Below, piece by piece: positions 1 to 10,300 of a stretch of DNA of 64,000 bases. The first letter of the stretch is position 1. Each line of letters opens with the position of its first letter. Origin of the DNA: an uncultured Prevotella sp. (GTDB lineage Bacteria; Bacteroidota; Bacteroidia; Bacteroidales; Bacteroidaceae). The position numbers and the translations under genes were made by a program. The notes under the pieces were generated by a model. The model ran no database searches and was not told the DNA's origin. It saw only the letters and a program-made list of their open reading frames with translations. The DNA lies in contig CAJOFE010000007.1 of assembly GCA_905233825.1 (NCBI GenBank), forward strand, positions 54,314 to 118,313, given 5' to 3'.

Positions 1-450
1 ACCCGCCTTGCCACCACTCCGACCAAACTGACCGGAGAGGGTGCTGCCATGGAGTATTCGGCCTATATCAAGGGCGACTCGCTCATCGTCATGGCTATCG
101 ACACCACCAAGACGGCCTACGACCTGAAACTCACGCTGCCCATGAAAGTGAGCAGCGGCGTGCACCTCCTTTCCACCGGCAATGAGACAGAGAACCTCTG
201 CCAGGAACAGCCCATCGTCATTGATGAGCCTACAGATAATCTGGTCCTCAACATGCCTGCACGCAGCCTGAACACCTATATCTTCATGATCGACCAGGGT
301 AGTGCAGCCATCAAGGACCAGCATCAGACCGTAGATGCAGGACCCGCCGTCTATTACGACCTGCACGGACGCCGGCTTGATACCCCTCACGGCCTTTGCA
401 TTGAGCGACATGCCGACGGATCTTCGAGGAAGGTCTATCTGAATGATTAG
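1..450 (+). CDS. C-terminal fragment of a secreted glycoside-hydrolase-like protein ending in a T9SS type-A C-terminal sorting domain (5' end outside the window)
   Basis: Frame 1 is open from the window edge to TAG at 448-450. The segment ...LNMPARSLNTYIF resembles the last beta-sandwich strand of GH30-type enzymes (weak call). The tail VYYDLHGRRL...GLCIERHADGSSRKVYL fits the T9SS CTD pattern. Confidence 0.55.
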   Translation, partial: TRLATTPTKLTGEGAAMEYSAYIKGDSLIVMAIDTTKTAYDLKLTLPMKVSSGVHLLSTGNETENLCQEQPIVIDEPTDNLVLNMPARSLNTYIFMIDQGSAAIKDQHQTVDAGPAVYYDLHGRRLDTPHGLCIERHADGSSRKVYLND

Positions 451-494
451 GAGAAAGGAGCTAGGAGTAAGAAGTAAGGAGAAAGGAGTAAGGA
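448..494. repeat. Purine-rich word-stutter tract (AGGAG / GTAAG words) between the upstream stop and the metF ATG
   Basis: The sequence taggagaaaggagctaggagtaagaagtaaggagaaaggagtaagga is read directly. AGGAG occurs 4 times. Confidence 0.6.
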
Positions 495-1460
495 ATGGCA
501 GTAGCAAAACTCATCAGTCAGCCTGAGCAGGAGCGGCAGTTCTCCTTCGAGGTGCTCCCCCCACTGAAGGGGACGGGAACCGACGGGTTGTTTCGTGACA
601 TTGAGAAGCTGTGCGAGCTGAAGCCCGCATTCATCAATATCACCACCCATCACTCTGAGTATATCTACCGCGAGTTGAGCGACGGGCGTTTCGAGCGTCT
701 GCGCCAGCGTCGCCGTCCAGGCACCATCGCCGTGGCTGCTGCCATCCAGCAACGCTTCGGCGTGACGGTGCAACCCCATGTCATCTGCAGTGGTGTCACC
801 GTAGAGGACATTGAATATGAGCTGCTCGACCTGCAGTTCCTGGGCATCACCGACCTGCTACTGCTACGTGGCGACAAGGCCAAGGACGACCGTACCTTCC
901 AGCCCACGCCAGGCGGGCATGCCCATACCACCGATCTCATCCGTCAGGTGCAGCGCTTCAACGAAGGCTTCTTCGCCGACGGCTCGCCCATCAAAAATCC
1001 TGGGCCGAAGTTCGACATTGGCGTGGCCTGCTATCCTGAGAAGCACGAGGAGGCCCCCAACATGGAGAGCGACATGCACTGGCTCTTGGAGAAGCAACGC
1101 TTAGGGGCGCAGTATGCTGTGACGCAGCTGTTCTTCGACAATCAGAAATACTTCGACTTCGTGGAGCGCGCCCGCGAGATGGGTATCACTATCCCTATCA
1201 TCCCTGGCATCAAGCCATTAGCCAAGCTCTCACAACTTAGCGTCGTTCCTCGCACGTTCCACTGTGACATTCCCCAGCCACTGGCCGAGGAGATTGCCAA
1301 GTGTAAGACAGATGACGATGCCTGTCGCTTAGGCATCGAGTGGACTACACAGCAGTGTCGCGAGCTCTATGCCCACGGCATCAACGATATCCACTTCTAT
1401 ACCATGGGCGCTGTTGATGCTGTCGTAGAAATCGTGAAGGAATTAAGAATTAAGAGTTAA
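495..1460 (+). CDS. metF: 5,10-methylenetetrahydrofolate reductase
   Basis: 321 aa with an ATG start. It shows MTHFR hallmarks (FSFEVLPPLKG..., LLLLRGD, YPEKHEEAP, QLFFD). Confidence 0.9.
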   Translation: MAVAKLISQPEQERQFSFEVLPPLKGTGTDGLFRDIEKLCELKPAFINITTHHSEYIYRELSDGRFERLRQRRRPGTIAVAAAIQQRFGVTVQPHVICSGVTVEDIEYELLDLQFLGITDLLLLRGDKAKDDRTFQPTPGGHAHTTDLIRQVQRFNEGFFADGSPIKNPGPKFDIGVACYPEKHEEAPNMESDMHWLLEKQRLGAQYAVTQLFFDNQKYFDFVERAREMGITIPIIPGIKPLAKLSQLSVVPRTFHCDIPQPLAEEIAKCKTDDDACRLGIEWTTQQCRELYAHGINDIHFYTMGAVDAVVEIVKELRIKS

Positions 1461-1471
1461 GAATTTAGAGG

Positions 1472-1550
1472 TATCGGCTATGCCGAGTAGAAAGGTTGAA
1501 GTAAAGAATTAAGAAGTATCGGCTTCACCGAGTAGGAAGGTTGAGGTAAG
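1472..1550. repeat. Two tandem ~45-bp units, each carrying a small hairpin (TATCGGCT..CCGAGTAG) followed by GAAGGTTGARGTAA
   Basis: Unit 1 starts at 1472 and unit 2 at 1517. The repeat lies in the metF-holB spacer. Confidence 0.7.
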
Positions 1551-1561
1551 ATGTCATTATT

Positions 1562-2662
1562 ATGCATTGGAATGAGGTCATAGGACAGGAGGAGGTGCGC
1601 GAGCGCCTGTTGCAGATGGTCAGCGAAGACCGTCTGCCTCATGCCATCATGCTCTGTGGCCCCAACGGCGTGGGTAAGCTGGCACTTGCCGTTGCCTTTG
1701 CCAGCCATCTGCTTGGCGAAGACAATGCGATGGTCAAGAACCTGCAGCATCCTGACCTGCATTTCACCTATCCCACCATCAAACTGCCATCGATGGGTGC
1801 CGACCACATGCCTGTCAGCGACGACTTTGCACGCGAGTGGCACGAGCTCATCATGCAGGGACCCTATTTCTCCATGGACGACTGGCTCACGGCCATCGGT
1901 GCCGAGAACCAGCAGGCCATCATCACTGCCGGCGAGAGCGACGAGCTGGTGCGCAAGCTCAGCCTGAAAAGCAGTCAGGGAGGCTATAAGGTGAGCATCA
2001 TCTGGCTGCCTGAACGCATGAATATCCCCTGTGCCAACAAGCTGCTGAAGCTCATCGAGGAACCACCACAGCAGACCGTCTTCCTGATGTGCTGCGAGGA
2101 CCCCGACAAACTATTGGAGACCATCCGTAGCCGTGTGCAGCGCATCGATGTGAAGCGTATTCCAGAAGACACCCTGCAACAGGCACTCATCGAGCGTCGA
2201 GGTATCGACGAGCAGCAGGCCCGTCGCGTGGCCCGTCTGGCAGGCGGTTCCTGGCTGCGAGCTATGGAGGAGCTACAGGCAGGCACCGAGAACGAGCAGT
2301 TCCTCGACCTCTTCATCCTCCTTATGCGACAGGCCTACAAGCGCGACGTGCGCAGTATGAAAGGATGGAGCGAGACGATGGCCGCTTTCGGACGTGAGAA
2401 GCAGAAGCGTTTCCTCAACTATTTCCTCCACATGGTGCGCGAGAGCTTCGTCTATAACTTCCACCAGCCGGAGCTTACCTATATGAGCCAGTCAGAGGAA
2501 AACTTCGCCCGTAACTTCGCCCGTTTCATCAACGAGGCCAACGTCCTGCCTATCACCGACCTCATCAACCTCGCCATCCGCGACATCGGCCAGAATGCCA
2601 ATGCCAAGATTGTCTTCTTCGACCTGGCTCTACAGATGATTGTCCTGCTTATCCAGAAATAA
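1562..2662 (+). CDS. holB: DNA polymerase III delta-prime subunit
   Basis: 366 aa. The N-terminus GQEEV...LPHAIMLCGPNGVGKLALAVAFA is an AAA+ clamp-loader Walker A context. An SRVQ sensor motif is present. Confidence 0.85.
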   Translation: MHWNEVIGQEEVRERLLQMVSEDRLPHAIMLCGPNGVGKLALAVAFASHLLGEDNAMVKNLQHPDLHFTYPTIKLPSMGADHMPVSDDFAREWHELIMQGPYFSMDDWLTAIGAENQQAIITAGESDELVRKLSLKSSQGGYKVSIIWLPERMNIPCANKLLKLIEEPPQQTVFLMCCEDPDKLLETIRSRVQRIDVKRIPEDTLQQALIERRGIDEQQARRVARLAGGSWLRAMEELQAGTENEQFLDLFILLMRQAYKRDVRSMKGWSETMAAFGREKQKRFLNYFLHMVRESFVYNFHQPELTYMSQSEENFARNFARFINEANVLPITDLINLAIRDIGQNANAKIVFFDLALQMIVLLIQK

Positions 2663-2705
2663 AAACGGCATCTTCAGGCTTTGAAGATGCCGTTTGTCTT
2701 TTTTC
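2663..2705. terminator. Bidirectional hairpin terminator made of one inverted pair of the GCCGTTT repeat unit
   Basis: A 14-bp perfect stem pairs aaacggcatcttca (2663-2676) with tgaagatgccgttt (2682-2695), followed by a T-run. It lies between convergent holB and the flotillin gene. Confidence 0.8.
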
Positions 2706-2711
2706 CTGCGC

Positions 2712-4196
2712 TTATGCGTCTTTACCCGTGAGATTATCGACGGCATCGCGAGCCTGGTCGTTCAGGTTCACGTTACGCGTGGTCTTAGCCTCGAAGGTGC
2801 CGGCACGCATGATGTCAGCCATATCAACTCCCGTAGCAGACTTCAGCACGTCGAAGGCCTGCTTGATGGCGACGGGCACATTGCCGCTCATGGCGCTGAT
2901 ACCTTGACCATCGCCGCTGTAGATGTTCACATCCTTGATGGCGCTAATGGGCTTGGCGACATTCTCGACGACCTGCGGCAACACCTCAATCATCATCTGC
3001 ATGACGGCAGCGTTGTTGTACTTCTTGTAAGCCTCAGCCTTCTTGTCCATAGCCAGAGCTTCGGCCTCACCCTTCTTTTGGATGGCGTAGGCCTCAGCCT
3101 CACCCTTGGCCTTGATACCGATGGCCTCTTGCTCCAAGCGGTAACGGGCAGCATCTGACTCGGCATTCTGTGCCAATGCGCGCTGCTCGGCCTCGTACTT
3201 CTGGGCCTCAGCCACACGCTTGCGCTGCTCGAGGTCGGCGGCAGCGTTCTTCTCAATCTTGTACTTGTCGGCATCGGCCTGCTTCTCAATCTCGGCTGCC
3301 AGCTGGTTCTGCTTGATCTCGATCTGCTCCTTCGAGAGGATCTGCTCGCGCTTGGTCTTCTCAATCTCGGCCTCGACAGTCTTGATGTTGATGGTCTTCT
3401 GCTGTTCCTGCTGCTGGATGGCATAAGCGGCATCGGCATCAGCCTGGACTGTGTCGGCCTCACGTTTCAGGGCAGCACGCTTCAGGGCCAGGTCGTTGTT
3501 CTTCACAGCGATGGCGGTGTCGGCATCGACACGAGCATCGTTGGCATCCTTGTCGGCCTTCGACACCTCAATCTTCACGTCGCGCTCGGCAACGGCACGG
3601 TTGATGGCAGCATCTTTCTTGATCTTTGCCGTATTGTCGGCACCGAGGTCTTTGATGAGTCCTTCGCGGTCGGTGACGTTCTGGATGTTACACGAGATAA
3701 TCTCAATACCCAGCTTGGCCATATCGGGCTGAGCCTTCTGCATCACCTGATCGGAGAAACCATCGCGGTCGGTGTTCAGCGAGCGCAGGTCGAGGGTGCC
3801 AATGATCTCACGCATGTTACCCTGCAGCGAGTCCTGCAACTGCTCGGCAATCTCGGAAGGTGCCATGTTCAGGAAGTTCTTCGCAGCCAGACGCGTGCCC
3901 TCGTTGTTGGGTGTGACGCGAATCTTGGCCACAGCATCGACATCAACGTTGATAAAGTCATTGGTAGGCACACTCTCCTCAGTCTTGATATCGACGGTAA
4001 TCTGTCCGAGATAGACCTTGTCGAGACGCTCAAGGAAGGGAATGCGGAAACCACCCTTACCAATGAGCACTCGGGGCTGCTTGGACAGACCAGAGATAAT
4101 GAAGGCGAACGAAGGGGGAGCCTTCACGTAGGAGATGAAGATAAAGAACGCGAGGGCTGCTGCCCCCAGGACAATCCAAAAATACATTTCTTCCAT
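2712..4196 (-). CDS. Flotillin-family (SPFH/band 7) membrane protein
   Basis: 494 aa. It has an N-terminal TM segment, an SPFH core (GGFRIPFLERLDKV...ITVDIKT), and then a long Ala/Glu/Lys-rich coiled-coil typical of bacterial flotillins. Confidence 0.85.
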   Translation of the reverse strand: MEEMYFWIVLGAAALAFFIFISYVKAPPSFAFIISGLSKQPRVLIGKGGFRIPFLERLDKVYLGQITVDIKTEESVPTNDFINVDVDAVAKIRVTPNNEGTRLAAKNFLNMAPSEIAEQLQDSLQGNMREIIGTLDLRSLNTDRDGFSDQVMQKAQPDMAKLGIEIISCNIQNVTDREGLIKDLGADNTAKIKKDAAINRAVAERDVKIEVSKADKDANDARVDADTAIAVKNNDLALKRAALKREADTVQADADAAYAIQQQEQQKTINIKTVEAEIEKTKREQILSKEQIEIKQNQLAAEIEKQADADKYKIEKNAAADLEQRKRVAEAQKYEAEQRALAQNAESDAARYRLEQEAIGIKAKGEAEAYAIQKKGEAEALAMDKKAEAYKKYNNAAVMQMMIEVLPQVVENVAKPISAIKDVNIYSGDGQGISAMSGNVPVAIKQAFDVLKSATGVDMADIMRAGTFEAKTTRNVNLNDQARDAVDNLTGKDA

Positions 4197-4233
4197 AATC
4201 GTACTAGTTTAAACCTTGTTGAGAATGAGAGAG

Positions 4234-4241
4234 CAAATGTA
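4234..4241 (-). promoter_or_regulatory. -7 box TACATTTG (Bacteroidota TAnnTTTG) upstream of the flotillin gene
   Basis: The plus-strand sequence is caaatgta, 38 nt from the ATG at 4196. Confidence 0.5.
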
Positions 4242-4244
4242 ATG

Positions 4245-4272
4245 CAAAAACCTGAAACGGCCAAAGCGTTTC
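4245..4272 (-). terminator. Probable sprA terminator hairpin with U-tract
   Basis: On the minus strand, GAAACG-ctttggc-CGTTTC is followed by aggttttt. Confidence 0.5.
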
Positions 4273-4323
4273 TGCTTTTTAACAATATATTAACGATGAG
4301 GGGAGGAAGGAGGAAGGAGGAAG

Positions 4324-7300
4324 TTATCGGGTGAGCGAGAACTTCAGAGAGAAGCCGAAGTCCTGCGTGGTGGTGGGATAGCTGCTGGAGGAGAGCAGCG
4401 GGTTGTTAGTCTGACGGTCGTAATAGGCCGTGAGGGTGAGGAATCGCGACAGGGTATAGTCGGCAGCAAACGATATCTTCAGTGCCGAGTTGCCACTGCT
4501 GGCTGAGCTGACGCCCGTAGCAATATCGCGAATGATGGCAGCCTCCTTGCGGAAGGAAACATCGAGGCGGGTGTTCAGGTCGTGATTCACGCCAGTTGAC
4601 CGGCGATTTGACGTTCTGCTATTCGACGATTGCTCTTCGTCGTTCTTGCTGCCCTTCTTGCTGCCTTTCACCTTGCGACTGCTGCCAGAGCCGAAGAGAT
4701 TGAGATTACTGATCTTATAGCCTAAGCCAACGACCCAGTCCTTGGAGCGTGTCTCGTTGAGCTGTACGCTGGTCATGGAGAGGTTGAGCACGCGGGTAGT
4801 CTTGTACTCCACCTTAAAGGTCATGTTGTTCTGTAGGGTGACATCCATTCCCAGCAGGGGTGAGAATTGCTCGTTGATGCTGACGGTGCTGATGTTGAAA
4901 CGGGAGGACGGTGCGTAGCTGCCGTCGGCTGCCTGTACATAGCCCAGGTCGCCCATATACTGCACCCAGGAGCTGTAGCTGGCGTAGGAGCCTACGCTGT
5001 AGACGCTCTTGTAGGAATGGTTCAAGTTGACGCTCTTGAAGTGGTCGGCCAGCCAGGGAATCTTCGACAGTCCTGCATACTTCACCGTCCAGTTGGGAAG
5101 CAGGCGGGAGAGGGCGGGGAAGATGGCGAGCGACTTGCCGGCTCCCATGGTGTAGGTGCTGAGGAAGGCGGGGATGAGTACATCGGCGGAGTAGGGGTCG
5201 ACGGATGCTCCTCCCGTGGCTCCCGTGGGTGCTTCGACCGTTCCGCCGTTCGAGGGGTCGGGGTATTGTGCCTGCACGCGGTTGCGGAACTCGGGGATGG
5301 CTTCACGGAAACGTTCGAAGGCGGAGGAGTGGTAGCCGTTGTTAGCATTGCCCATGCCTTCGAGGGCACTCTTGATAGAGATGGTGGTCATGTTGAAGGT
5401 GCCGCTATAAGTTGTGGGCTGTCCGGCATACATGAATTGCACACTGCGTGCACGGTTCTGCGTACGAGTGGCCGTGAGGTCGATCTTGAAGTCGCGGAAA
5501 GGCTCTACGGTGGCGCGCAGCTGGAAGTCCTCGTTCTGCTGACTGGTAGAAGGCGTGGCCACGCTTTCGTTGCAGAGCAGCCAGCCTTTGTCGAGTGCCT
5601 TATCAACATAATTATCACCCGTCAGTCCGAAGGCGAAGTCGAGGCCTGGCGTAAGGATATCACCTGTACGCTGTCCAAACATGTCGCCCACATTGGGCAT
5701 GAAGCCTGGCAGCATCATGGAGCGCTGGTTGCGATAGCTGAAGCTGACCGAGCGTACCATCATCAGCAGACGGGCAGCCTGCTGGGCTGGGTTATACCAC
5801 CACTGGTTGTCGAGCGGCTCCTTGGGGGTGACGGAGAGCATGATAGACAGAGACTCTCCTCCTTCCCCTACCTGTGAGGGAGGCGTGAGATCACGCTGCA
5901 CACTTAGACTATCAGTAGAAGAAGTGTCTTCTTCCTTCACTTCCAGAGAGGGGGCGGGGGTGGGTCTATTGGGGGCTTTATACCAAACCTTGATCTTATT
6001 CTCATCGACCACCTTCCACTTCACCTGCACAATCTTGCCGTCCTTGCCACGTGCACTGACGAGGAGACGCTTCGACTTCTTGCCATGCTGCACCTCGACA
6101 ACGGAGTCAGGCACCAGGACGATTTCCTTCTGGAAAGAGTTCTTGTTCTTGGGCAACACCTTTGCGTCCTTGCTGTCCTTATTATCCTTACCGTCTTTGT
6201 TGTCCTTACCGTCCTTGTCGCCAGCCTTGTTACTGGCTCCTTGCGTCCTGCTCCTTGTGGTTGGTTTCTTGTCGTTTTTCTTCTGCGGTGCCTTCTTGAA
6301 GTACTCGTTGGTCTTCTTCAGGAAGGGTATGTGATTATAGAGCGTCTCCATGTTGATGGTTCCGTTGACCGTCATGTTGCGGTTGTTCTGAATGGTGTTA
6401 CCCAGAGACGTGCCGTCGTCCATCTCGGTGCCACGCAGCCAGGAGTAGGAGGCATCATACTTACCATCGAGCTTCACCCAGTCAAAAATGGGCAGTTTGT
6501 CGATGGGCACCTGATAGCTGGCGGAGAACGACTGCCGGTAGTCGAGCGGTGTGCCCCAGTGGCTCACGCTCTGCCACACGCTGTCTTTCCAAGCCTGATA
6601 GTGGTCAGCATAGAGGTCTTTGTTGATAGGCGTGTAGGGTTCCTCAATTTCAGCGTGGGTAGCACTCTGGAAGTTCATGTGCAGGTTCTTCGTCAGATCC
6701 CAGCGCAGGGAGAAATCGCGGTTCCAAAGGAACTGCTCGCTGAAGGTCAGCGGCAGGTTGGGGTCTTCGGTGTTCTCTAAGTCACGTTCCTGTAACTCAT
6801 AGTAAGCACGTGTCAACTCGCTGTTGAACGAGATGCTCTGAGGCAGGTAGTTCAGTCCTAACGACATGGGCAGCTGCATCCACTTTGACTTGCTCTTCGA
6901 CTTCTTAAACGGCTCCCACGTCTTATAGACAGGCGTATAGCTGTAATTCAGCACGCCACGCCAATGATCCTCGTTCTCGAAGATTGTGGTCTCGCCCGAG
7001 GTGTTATGGTGGGAGTGACTATAGCTGAACGAGAAATTAGCAGGGTCGTAAGGCATGGGGTTCTTTTTGTTCTTGATGCCCACACGAACATTGGAGAGTG
7101 AGAAGTTACGTGAGATCTCCTTGGTCACAGCTATGCTCTCGATGCTGTCGCGCTCACGCTTGTCGAAGGCGCTCTCCAAGGCATCGTCCAATTCCATATC
7201 TGAGTCCAAGGGGTTATACTTCGGACTGATGCTCTCATTAGTATAGGAGTAATAGAGCGGTGCGCTGACCTGTGCCTTGTCAGGGAACAACTTACCCAAC

Positions 7301-10300
7301 TCCACATTGGCAGTAATGCTGTACAACTTCTCTGTCTCTTTTGAGCGCTGTATGACAGTCTCTTCCAGTCCGCCGAAGCCATCGGTAATGTAACGACCCG
7401 ACATGTTCACCATGCCCAAATCGCTCAGCTGCACGTTCATAGCTCCACTGGCTGCCCATCCGCCGTCGTTGTTGGCCTCGCGCAGGCGCAACTCATTAAC
7501 CCACACTTCGCCACTCTTCGGCGAGGAACTAAGGTTGCGCACGCCGATAATCATGGTCTTCACCTCGCCCAGCGACGGGTTACCCATGATGCTGATGCGG
7601 TTGTTGGGTTTGTCGGGGTCGTAGTCGCTGAACAGCTGGGTGAAGCTGGCCAGTCCCTCGGAACGGGCCTTGTTGCGGGCTTTCTTCAGTGCGGTGAAGA
7701 CGTGGAGGTTGATGTCGAGCATGTTCTCCTCGGGCCACACTATCGGACGGTCGCTGGGCACGTTCCAGTTATAGTGTCCTTCGGGAGTAACCTTCAGCGG
7801 GATGAGATACTCGTAGTAGTTGCTCTTGTAGTCGCTACCCAGACGGATGAAGACAGCCAACTGGTTATCTTCCAGATTCGTGGCGTTAGGAACGAGGTAG
7901 TTGGCGTGAACGAACATCTGCAGGCGCTTGTACTGGCGCAGGTCAAGGTTAGTATTCTTATAGACGGCCTTCGACTCGTTCTGCGACAGGTTCTTCACCG
8001 TCAGGCACATGGCCTGCTCGTTGTCTTCGGTTAGCTGCTGCTGGTTGGGGTCCTGCACACGGCTGATGCCTGGAGGCAGCACGTAGGCCACAGGCTGTCG
8101 CTCGGTGTTCTCCTCTACGTTCACGGCGCTCATCTCCAGCGTGCCTGTCTCAGCCCCTGCACCAGTCATCAGGTTCTGTTTGTACTGTCGCCACTCGCCA
8201 CGTACCAAATCGAGACTTCCAAAGCGCAAAGTGATGGGATGCTCGAAGCCCGTGAGGAACATGCGCATGAAACGTATGGAGGTGAAGTCGTTGATGGCTC
8301 CCACCTTCTTCTCCCACTCCTGCAAGGGGACGCGATACTGATACCAGCGCACCGTCTCCGTCTCACCATTGCGCAGTTTCGCACTATAGTCGCGATGATC
8401 CACGATGTATGAGTCCTCGCTTTTCATGCCGTTGTTATAGGCCTGCAGCTCGCTGTCACTGATGGGGATGCGGTACTGGTAGTAGCGCTCATATTCATTC
8501 AACGTAAAGTCCTGGTTGATATCCTCCACATCAGGACCTGTCTTATACGAGGTGTCGTAGCTCTCTGTCTGGTTGTCGCTACTGGGCGAGTTGCCCTGCG
8601 GATTGTTGATGCGACGATAGCGATCCAGAATGCTCTTACGCTCATCATCGAAGTCAGAACCACGATAGTAGTGATAGTCATCGCCGGCAGGATCCTGTCG
8701 CCAAGCCTGCAGCAGGGAGTCGTTGCTCACCACTGACCCAATCTTGCTCAGCCAGTCGGCATAGACGCCGAAGGTGCGCTCTTCCTCGTCGGTGAGTCCA
8801 TTCAGACCCACATCCTGCTTCTCTCGCGAGCCGCTACTGGTGGCGAAAGCGTAGTTCTCGGCAGACTGCACAGGAATCTTTCCCCACTGAGTGTCCACGA
8901 ATTTGCTGGTGCCATCGACAGGCATGTTGCTCTCATAGAACTTCTTGCCATCGCGCAGCACATCCTCACTCACTTCACCCAGGTTGATGTAGAGCTCGCC
9001 CGAATATTGTGAGGCCGTACCCTGCTGGCGTGTGTAGATGAAGGGGTCGAGCAACCAGAACTCAACATACTCGATGTTAGCCTGCTCGAAGTCAGTAGTG
9101 ATGTCCATACGGCGCATCATGCCGCCCCATCGCTGGGCAGGATTCTTCAGCGTACCGTCGGCATTATAGTCGAGGGTGAGGTTATAAGGACCGCGTTCTT
9201 GCGGATAGTAGGACAGGTTCAGCACGGGCAGCGTCGAGGTGGCACCGTTGTAGCTCGACTGATCGCGGTTGGGATAGAGCTCTCGCACATAGACCTCGCG
9301 AATGTAGTGATTCGACAGCTGCTCAAGGTCGCTCTTGATGTGACCTGGTGTCAGCGACGAAGAACGACGGGTGAAGATGGGATCGACGTTGTACCACGAT
9401 AGCAGGGCACGGTTGTAGCCACTGCTGACGCCCTCCTTGTCAGAAGCCTCCGGGAACATCGAGGGCACCGACGAGAGCACCCATGCCTTCGGGTCGCCGA
9501 CATCGAGCAGGCTCTTGGTATTCTCGAAATCGTCGATATAAGAGGCGTTGTCCTGCGTGCCATGTGCCTTGCCGGCAATAAGCTGGGCGAACTCACCCGT
9601 CAGCGTGATGTATGAGGGCTGTGTCAGGTGGAGTAGCGGCAGGCGGTCGAGCATCCTCGTCAGCCATTGGCTCTCCTGCTTCCAGTTCAAGTTCAATCCC
9701 CACAGCGTGTTGTTCAGGGGTTCCTCACCCATGCCTACTTTCGTAGTCAGCGCCTGTTCGCTTAGGTGCAACAGCGTACCACCTAACGAGAAATTCTTCG
9801 TGAAGTCGTACTCCCAGTTCACACCGAACATGGTCTTTCGCTGCATGCCGTAGTCGGTGTCCGACTCGAAGGTCGCCTGAATGGGAGTCTTGGCATCGGC
9901 GATGCTCTGGTTGATGATGGTCACCTCGCCAGCCGTGTAATCCACGGTATAATCGGTGCCTTCCTTGAGCTCCACGCCACCGGCTGTCACCCTTACCGAG
10001 CCTTGCGGAATATTGGTGCCGTTGAGCTGGATGACGTTAGCCGCCGTGCCCTTGTATTGGCCTGTCAGGATGAACTTATCCTTCTCGGCATTTTGCTTGG
10101 CAACGGTCTTCGTAGAGTCATAAAGCTGGTCGAAGCAATACTTGTCGGCCAACTCACCCATGCCCTTCTGGGTGAGATAATTGCGCAGGTAGTCGCCGAA
10201 GGGTTCAGCTGAGGGCAGAAATATACGACCATTGGAAATGGTATAGCCTGGAACAAAGTCGAACTGTCCGTTGGAGTGGGGTTTCATGTTCGCATCCAAG

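Noticed and set aside
4867-5877. A 336-aa plus-strand ORF and many 60-230-aa ORFs on both strands inside 4324-12033.
   Set aside because: They lie entirely within, and mostly antisense to, the 2,569-aa sprA ORF. Their Gly/Val/Arg/His-rich composition is typical of shadow frames, and I see no promoter box or recognisable motif.
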